64,000 nucleotides of DNA, taken from positions 256,001 through 320,000 of the forward strand of contig CAWDVR010000006.1 of assembly GCA_963805975.1 (NCBI GenBank), written 5' to 3'. Below, piece by piece: positions 58,408-64,000 of the stretch. Each line of letters starts with the position of its first letter. Within the stretch, counting starts at the first letter, position 1. This stretch comes from an uncultured Acidobacteriota bacterium (lineage in GTDB: Bacteria > Acidobacteriota > Thermoanaerobaculia > Multivoradales > SZUA-115). Made by a program: the position numbers and the translations under genes. Below the pieces are notes generated by a model that was given only the letters and a program-made list of their open reading frames with translations, made no database searches and was not told the DNA's origin.

Positions 58408-59349
58408 CTAGCTGTTGGTGCTCAAGAGGTTATTCACTCTGGAGAGGGGTGGTAATCCGCCCAAGGCGGAATGGGGTCGATGTTGATTGTAGAAGTGGAG
58501 CCATCTGGGCAGCATCTGGGTTCGGTCCAAGGAGCTCGGGTAGGGGCGGCCGTAGGCCCATTCTCGCAAGGCGGTTTGGATGAAGCGTTCGGCCTTGCCG
58601 TTGGTTCGAGGTCGATAGGGCCGGGTGCGGCTGTGGCGTAGTCCTGCTTGTTGGCAGTTTCGGGCGAAGAGGTGAGAGCGGTAGGCCGAGCCGTTGTCGG
58701 TGAGCAGACGTCGGATCGGTACGCCGAGCTGGTCAAACCAGGCTACAGAGCGCTGTAGGAAAGAGGCTGTGGTTTCGGCCCGTTCATCGGGCAGGATCTC
58801 GACGTAGGCGAGTCGGCTGAAATCGTCGATGGCGACGTGGGCAAACTCCCAGCCCACTCCCCGAGCGCGCTTGTTGCGTTGGCCGGTGATGCGATGGCCG
58901 ATTCCGCCGATCTTGCCGAGTTTCTTGATGTCGAGGTGCAGCAGGTCGCCAGGAGCCTCCCGCTCATAGCGCACCACAGGGACTGGGGGTTCCAGGTCGC
59001 GGAGCCGCGACAGGCCGTGCCGCCGAAGGATACGGCCTACGGTAGCTCGCGACAGACCCAGAGATCGGGCCAGGGCCAGAGCGCACAGACGGTGCTTCCG
59101 GCGTAGATCCAAGACCTTCTGCTCTTGCAAGGCCGGCAGACGATGAGGCGAGCGGCAGGGGCGCGAGGAGCGATCCAGGAGGCCGGCTTCGCCCTCGAGA
59201 CGGTAGCGCTGGAGCCACTTGGCTACCGTACGCACCGACAGGCCGAGGGCTTCTGCCGCCTGACGGCGGCTCCAGCCCTCGGCCTCCACCCGCTCAATCA
59301 GCAGGGCTCGACTTTCGGGGGTCGTTTTTGCTCTTCTATGGATGTTCAC
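58408..59349 (-). CDS. IS481 family DDE transposase
   Basis: MNIHRRAKTTP, LHLDIKKLG, AIDDFSR, LTDNG and PRTNGKAERF motifs; the stop codon comes from the target CTAG. Confidence 0.97.
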   Translation of the reverse strand: MNIHRRAKTTPESRALLIERVEAEGWSRRQAAEALGLSVRTVAKWLQRYRLEGEAGLLDRSSRPCRSPHRLPALQEQKVLDLRRKHRLCALALARSLGLSRATVGRILRRHGLSRLRDLEPPVPVVRYEREAPGDLLHLDIKKLGKIGGIGHRITGQRNKRARGVGWEFAHVAIDDFSRLAYVEILPDERAETTASFLQRSVAWFDQLGVPIRRLLTDNGSAYRSHLFARNCQQAGLRHSRTRPYRPRTNGKAERFIQTALREWAYGRPYPSSLDRTQMLPRWLHFYNQHRPHSALGGLPPLSRVNNLLSTNS

Positions 59350-59434
59350 CCGGGGAGCCTCCGTGGGATGCCAGGTCTTCGACAAACCCAGCTTCCCACA
59401 GCTGCCCGGGTGAACAACCTCCTGAGCACTCACA
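58413..59434 (-). mobile_element. IS481 family insertion sequence (1022 bp)
   Basis: TGT...ACA ends; 25-bp terminal inverted repeats (21/25 match); flanks GCTAGC and GCTAGA (NCTAGN target). Confidence 0.95.
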
Positions 59435-59725
59435 GCTAGATCACCGACGCCTCTACCCGGCCACGTCTGTGGCATCCTGCCCGCCCCGAGCCGAGAACAC
59501 CGCGTTGCCGCCTGGGATCGGCGGGCGGAGCGATGGGATTCTCGCGGCTAGCGCTCCCACCCTCCACTCTCTCCCTCAGCCCCCGGAGTTCTACCCAGCT
59601 CGGCAGGCGAGGGGGCTCGCTTCCGTGTCTAGCCCTCTTGGGCGAGATGGAAGGCGACCTGCCCAGGCTGCGAGATCCCGTTGCCACGGAGATACGCGCC
59701 CACCGATTCTGCCGAGTTTCATCCC

Positions 59726-59747
59726 GGTGGTTACTTGGTGGTTACTT
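59726..59747. repeat. Tandem 11-bp direct repeat GGTGGTTACTT x2, possible integrase arm-type sites
   Basis: Exact duplication about 70 bp from the att fragment. Confidence 0.55.
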
Positions 59748-59814
59748 TCGGAATGCGCCGATTCTGAGGCGTAGCGAGCGGCGCCCATAAACTTCCTAGA
59801 ATGTGTTGTTTACG

Positions 59815-59861
59815 TGGAGCCGACGGTCGGATTTGAACCGACGACCTGCTGATTACGAATC
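59815..59861 (-). tRNA. 3' fragment of tRNA-Thr(CGT), an attachment-site duplication and not a full gene
   Basis: Minus strand GATTCGTAATCAGCAGGTCGTCGGTTCAAATCCGACCGTCGGCTCCA contains the anticodon loop, T-arm and CCA; the D-arm and 5' acceptor strand are absent. Confidence 0.9.
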
Positions 59862-59914
59862 GGTGCCGGCGGTTCACACCAAGCTTCTTGAATTCCGATA
59901 AAACTAGACGAGTC

Positions 59915-59942
59915 TTGACTTTGAAGCGAGCCCAGGTATGCT
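59915..59942 (+). promoter_or_regulatory. Putative sigma70 promoter of the integrase
   Basis: TTGACT-N16-TATGCT about 180 bp upstream of the ATG. Confidence 0.55.
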
Positions 59943-60030
59943 CTTTTCCCATGAAATTGTCCCTGCTTCGAGGCTGGCCGCATGCCAGGCGCATGCTGGC
60001 TACGAACGACTGAATTCGCTACTGACTCGG

Positions 60031-60113
60031 AACTGATTCGGCGTCTAAACGGACAACTGATTCGAGCCTAAACAGCCAACTGATTCGAGGCTAGACGGAC
60101 AACTGATTCGAGG
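60031..60113 (+). repeat. Array of four AACTGATTCG cores at 23-24 bp period in the integrase leader
   Basis: Cores at 60031, 60055, 60078 and 60101; degenerate copies at 60009 and 60021. Confidence 0.9.
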
Positions 60114-60120
60114 AGAGGGC

Positions 60121-61419
60121 ATGCGAACGAAGCTGTCAGCTCACGTCTTGGAGAATGCAACTCCGCGTGTAACGCGGTATCTGCTTCGAGACACACGGAC
60201 TCTCGGGTTGGCGTTGAAGGTCGAGCCGTCCGGCACTCGCACCTTCGTCTTCGAATATCGCTTGGCCGGCCAGAAGTCGCAGCGCTACAACATCGGGCGC
60301 TACGGCGCGCCCTGGACCCTTGAGCAGGCGCGACGCGAGGCGGGCCGACTGCGCGGGCTGGTGGACCAGGGGATCGATCCGGTAGGGCAGCGGAGAACGA
60401 CCGTCGAGGTTGCCCTGACGGAGTGTTCGCTGGCTGATCTAGCTCAGCGGTTTCTCCTTCATCTCGAGGTCCGACAGCGGCGCCCTTCGACGCTTCGTGA
60501 GTACCGGCGCATTCTCGAATCGTTCGTCCTGCCGCGGCTAGGCCGGCTACCGGTGGGGGAGATCAGCACCAGCCATCTAGAGCACCTACACTCTGAGCTC
60601 AAGGCGACTCCCTATCAGGCGAACCGAATGCTCGCCGTCTTGAGCCGAGCCTTCAACTTGGCCGAGCGATGGGGTTGGCGCCAGCCGGGTACGAATCCCG
60701 TCCGCCACATTGAGCGCTTCCGTGAGGCTCGGAGAGGCGCCAAAAAGGGAGCCATGCTGAGCCCGGGCCAGATCGCGCGCTTTCTGGAAGTTCTCCACGA
60801 GGAGGGGCGCTCGGGCGCTGATCCCTTCGCAGTGGCTGCGATTCAGTTCGCCTTCTGGACGGGCTGGCGGATGGTCAGTGAGGTTCTTCGCCTGCGCTGG
60901 GTCGACGTCGATCTCGACACCGGGCAAGCTCGTCTGCTCAAAACCAAGACGGCGGAGGAGGAGTATCGCAGTCTACCGGACGAGGCGATCGAGATTCTAT
61001 CTTGTCTGCCGCGGATCGCCGGCTATCCTTGGGTCTTCCCGGGGCAAGACGCTGAGAGACCAAGGACGACAGTTCGACGCCAATGGGACCGGATCCGCGA
61101 TAAGGCTGGTCTCAGCGACCTCGAAGACCTGGGCGCCTTCCGCATTCACGACCTACGGCACAACGCTGTCAGCTGGGATGTCTCCCGTGGAGTGAGCCTC
61201 AAGGTAGCCGGCGCCAACGTCGGCCACAGGAGCGTCCGGTCCACCGAGGTCTACAGCCACTTCGCGCCGGACCATCTGCGAGCAGCGGCCAATGCCAGGT
61301 CCAGGGCGATGCGCGACGCTGCGGCAGCGGCGAAGGAGAGCCCGACCCAACCTCGCAGTACTCGAGGTTCATTGGGCACGCCGACGGAGCGGCCTGTTGG
61401 CCGAGGCGCCGCCCCCTGA
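60121..61419 (+). CDS. Tyrosine recombinase/integrase, P4-like, with arm-DNA-binding domain
   Basis: N-terminal GLALKV..SG.RTF...IGRYG...TL.QAR; catalytic TGWR, KTK, HDLRH and GH...T..Y. Confidence 0.96.
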   Translation: MRTKLSAHVLENATPRVTRYLLRDTRTLGLALKVEPSGTRTFVFEYRLAGQKSQRYNIGRYGAPWTLEQARREAGRLRGLVDQGIDPVGQRRTTVEVALTECSLADLAQRFLLHLEVRQRRPSTLREYRRILESFVLPRLGRLPVGEISTSHLEHLHSELKATPYQANRMLAVLSRAFNLAERWGWRQPGTNPVRHIERFREARRGAKKGAMLSPGQIARFLEVLHEEGRSGADPFAVAAIQFAFWTGWRMVSEVLRLRWVDVDLDTGQARLLKTKTAEEEYRSLPDEAIEILSCLPRIAGYPWVFPGQDAERPRTTVRRQWDRIRDKAGLSDLEDLGAFRIHDLRHNAVSWDVSRGVSLKVAGANVGHRSVRSTEVYSHFAPDHLRAAANARSRAMRDAAAAAKESPTQPRSTRGSLGTPTERPVGRGAAP

Positions 61420-61464
61420 TGCGTTCCAACCAGGTCAGCCGGTCTCGCTGCTACAATTCTGCCG

Positions 61465-62076
61465 ATGGCACTTCTCGACACCCTCCTACCGACGGACACT
61501 GAGCTGGGGGTTCACCCGGACCGCTTGGGACCTATCCGGGCGGCGGAGTTCGAGAGCTGGCCGCAGGACCCCGACAACCCCATGGAGCTCGTGGCCGGAT
61601 GGGTGGTGCCGATGTCACCAGGAACGTTCTACACGGGCGAGCGAAGTGGGATGCTTTTCTCCGTGTTGCTTCCGAGGATCCAAGAGCTCGGCTGGAAGAT
61701 GAGCCAGGATGCCCGCCACCGGCTCCCGCACCCTGCCAACACAACGGTCTACCCCGACCTTGCCATCCACTGCACCGGCGAGATCGCCTTCGTTCCCGGC
61801 ACTGAGACGGTCTCCCGCGTCCCCGACGTGGTGATCGAGCTGCTGAGTGAGGCGACTGCCGAGCGCGATCGCGCGCCGCGTGGGGCCAAGTTCCTGGCCT
61901 ACCAGATGAGCGGCGTCTCCGAGTATTACTATGCTTGGCCAGACGGCCGTGAGTCGGCAGGATTCCGGCTCGTGAACGGGGTCTTCGTGCCCGTCGAGTC
62001 AGACGCCGAGGGCTTCTTCGCCAGCCCGCTCCTCGGACGACGCCTGCGGCTCGTGCCGGCTGCGCTCGCTACGTGA
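61465..62076 (+). CDS. Uma2 family (DUF820) PD-(D/E)xK endonuclease
   Basis: ELVAGWVVPMSP, YPDL, PDVVIELLS..T..RD...K...Y...GV.EY motifs. Confidence 0.9.
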   Translation: MALLDTLLPTDTELGVHPDRLGPIRAAEFESWPQDPDNPMELVAGWVVPMSPGTFYTGERSGMLFSVLLPRIQELGWKMSQDARHRLPHPANTTVYPDLAIHCTGEIAFVPGTETVSRVPDVVIELLSEATAERDRAPRGAKFLAYQMSGVSEYYYAWPDGRESAGFRLVNGVFVPVESDAEGFFASPLLGRRLRLVPAALAT

Positions 62077-62121
62077 GAGGCCGGCGGCAGAGCCGCGAGC
62101 ACTCTGCCGCCAAGCTTGAAC

Positions 62122-62496
62122 TTAGCACTGGGCTAACGCCCTCTCGATCGAAGCCGCGACCTTCTCTACCTTCGTCGCCCACTTGTCGGCCTTGAGGGCG
62201 AGCCAGTCCTCGGGCGCCGGGAGCGAGTGCCGCTCGCGTTCCTCCGCCACGCTCTCGAGGTATCCGCTCACCCGGTGCAAGTCGGCTGCGGCTGCTCGGA
62301 GCTGGATGGTCGTGGCCATCTCCTTCTCGCTGGTACCCCACTGGTGGAGCTCGTTGAGGTACTCCATCAGGAGATCGCCCAGCGCGAGGAACGTGTCCAC
62401 CTTCTTGGGGTCGTCCAAGCGGAGGAGGAAGGTCTGACGGAAGACATCTTCCTCGGGATGGGGTGGCTGCGGCGTAGAATCGGGTCGGTCGCTCAT
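62122..62496 (-). CDS. Hypothetical helical protein
   Basis: 124 aa with good codon bias; GGAGGACAGG SD region. Confidence 0.75.
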   Translation of the reverse strand: MSDRPDSTPQPPHPEEDVFRQTFLLRLDDPKKVDTFLALGDLLMEYLNELHQWGTSEKEMATTIQLRAAAADLHRVSGYLESVAEERERHSLPAPEDWLALKADKWATKVEKVAASIERALAQC

Positions 62497-62625
62497 GGTG
62501 GCCTGTCCTCCATGGGTGGCTAGGGTCGGCGGGGTGTGCACACACTCCGTCGGCCCGTTGGTTGAAAAACCGGGCCGGGCGTCCACACGGCGTCCGGCTT
62601 TGGCTTGAGAACGGTGCGACAGCCT

Positions 62626-62667
62626 CTAAGATGCTGCTGTGCTGCTAGCAGCATCTTAGCACAGCAG
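62626..62667. promoter_or_regulatory. Nested palindromic operator between divergent genes
   Basis: CTAAGATGCTGCT-N8-AGCAGCATCTTAG (perfect 13-bp arms) overlapping CTGCTGTGCT...AGCACAGCAG. Confidence 0.72.
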
Positions 62668-62689
62668 TGCCACGCTAGACTGTCTCCCT

Positions 62690-62884
62690 ATGCCGAAGCC
62701 CGACACGCGAACAGGCCCCCGAGGCGGAAAGCACACCGTGACCCAGACGGGACTGCTGCGGAAGACCTTCAACCTGCATCGCGATGAATGGGTCGCTCTT
62801 CGACAGAAGGCGTTTGAAGAGGAGCGCTCCGCTTCGGAGATCGTCCGAGAAATGCTGAGGAAGTACCTGGCGATCCCCGACTGA
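62690..62884 (+). CDS. CopG-like ribbon-helix-helix regulator
   Basis: RKTFNL beta-strand followed by helices EWVALRQKA and SASEIVREMLRKYL. Confidence 0.85.
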   Translation: MPKPDTRTGPRGGKHTVTQTGLLRKTFNLHRDEWVALRQKAFEEERSASEIVREMLRKYLAIPD

Positions 62885-63287
62885 GGAACCGGGTCTCTCA
62901 AGGCTACAGACAGAGGCTCCGTCGGTCCTTTCCCTCCGCCAGCATCTGTGCTGCCCACCCCCAAGCCGGCGCGCGGTGTGCCCGCGATCCCTGCACTCGA
63001 GCGAGGTTTGGGCTAGCGCTAGGGCTAGAGCTGAGCCAGGAAAGTCGGCCCGACAGGAACGATCTCCAGCAGTCGTCAACAGCAGAGCTTCCCGCCGCCG
63101 ATTGCCGATCAGCGAACTGGCGGTGAGGGTGGGGAACCAGCTCCCTGAGCCGAGGACGGGTTGAGGCCCGCGACCAAGCGGAGCCCGGCGACGAAAGCCG
63201 GCCGAGGAGTCTGCAGACCTTAATGCGGCCTGTAATCTTCGTTTTCTACTATATTCCATCCATTGAATTTCTAGAGGTTGAGGTGCT

Positions 63288-63965
63288 ATGACCGAACTAC
63301 CCCTGCGAGTGCTGCTCGCCGACGACCACCCGTTGATGTTGGAGGGCCTGAGGAAGCTCCTCGCGCCCGACTGTGAGATCGTCGGGGCGGTGACCGGCGC
63401 TTCCTTGTTCCTCGAAGCCGCCAGGCGGCTGCGGCCCGACCTCGCCGTTGTCGACATCTCGATGCCCGGGATGGACGGGTTCGAAGCCACGCGGCGGTTA
63501 CAAGAGATCGCCCCCGGCACGCGCGTCCTGATCCTGAGCTTCCATAGCGAGCCCTCCTGGGTGCGGGCGGCCTTCGAAGCCGGCGCTTGGGGCTACGTGT
63601 GCAAGACCTCCGCCGCCGAGGAGATCGGGCTCGCCCTGCGAGAGGTGTCACGAGGCCGTTTCTACGTCAGCCCGATCGTCACACGAGGATTGATGACTAC
63701 CGCGCTCCCCGGCGCCGTGCGTCCCTCGGCGGTCCACCCACAGGCCCCCATCGCGGCGCCGGCGAGCGATGCGCTCACCCGACGCGAGCAGGACATCGTC
63801 TGCCTGGTAGCACGGGGTTTGGGCAACAAGGACATTGCCCACCATCTCGGCGTCTCCGTGGCCACGGTGCGCACTCACCTGAGCAGTGTGTACGAGAAGC
63901 TGGGCTCGACGAGCCGCGTGGAGCTGGCGCTCCTCGCCGCCCAAGGCGGCGCGGCAGTGATGTGA
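63288..63965 (+). CDS. NarL/LuxR family response regulator
   Basis: VLLADDH, VVDISMP, GYVCK and the HTH LTRRE...G.GNKDIA..L.VS..TV.TH. Confidence 0.95.
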   Translation: MTELPLRVLLADDHPLMLEGLRKLLAPDCEIVGAVTGASLFLEAARRLRPDLAVVDISMPGMDGFEATRRLQEIAPGTRVLILSFHSEPSWVRAAFEAGAWGYVCKTSAAEEIGLALREVSRGRFYVSPIVTRGLMTTALPGAVRPSAVHPQAPIAAPASDALTRREQDIVCLVARGLGNKDIAHHLGVSVATVRTHLSSVYEKLGSTSRVELALLAAQGGAAVM

Positions 63966-64000
63966 GATGCCGCGCGCCTCACGCTCGGCCGCCGGCTCCT

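Larger units (their letters stand above)
59815..64000. mobile_element. Left end of a tRNA-Thr-targeted integrative element (continues beyond the window)
   Basis: att fragment next to a tyrosine integrase; visibly lower GC; accessory cargo genes. Confidence 0.8.

Noticed and set aside
58407-59440. Imperfect IS481 target duplication as a sign of rearrangement
   Set aside because: GCTAGC versus GCTAGA differs by one base and the CTAG core is duplicated, which is compatible with ordinary IS481 insertion
59815-59890. Complete tRNA-Thr gene
   Set aside because: The 5' acceptor strand and D-arm are absent; only the 3' 47 nt are present
60031-60113. Mini-CRISPR array
   Set aside because: The repeat is only 10 bp, the 13-14-nt linkers resemble each other rather than being unique spacers, and no cas genes are present

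Overview
A very GC-rich bacterial chromosomal segment. Gene content weakly suggests Acidobacteriota (Thermoanaerobaculia-like), which is inference only. From left to right: (1) 1-21 kb is a surface-polysaccharide locus (Wzx, two sulfotransferases, a beta-propeller, Wzy-like/GT-C membrane proteins, GT4s, a DegT aminotransferase and three NDP-sugar epimerases). It is interrupted at 8.2-12.8 kb by an oppositely oriented module of two paralogous secreted proteins, a small membrane protein and an MMPL transporter; the paralogs share twin consensus promoters and a near-identical 5'-UTR hairpin. (2) A ParE/RelE toxin-antitoxin pair, fhs, attH, a DUF11-repeat IPTL-CTERM adhesin and two CPA2 antiporters. 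(3) Two YtrA/GntR-ABC operons, a Pycsar-effector-like gene paired with a CtlX-like hydrolase, a beta/gamma-crystallin, AttE/FG-like ABC genes and a large NAD-glutamate dehydrogenase. (4) From about 57.2 kb, mobile DNA: a CNF1/BLF1-like deamidase candidate, an intact IS481, a tRNA-Thr(CGT) 3' att fragment, a 23-bp repeat array leading into a P4-like integrase, Uma2, an RHH regulator and a LuxR response regulator. About nine single-base frameshifts in otherwise intact genes look like long-read assembly errors. All family calls come from motif recognition by eye; no database search was run.
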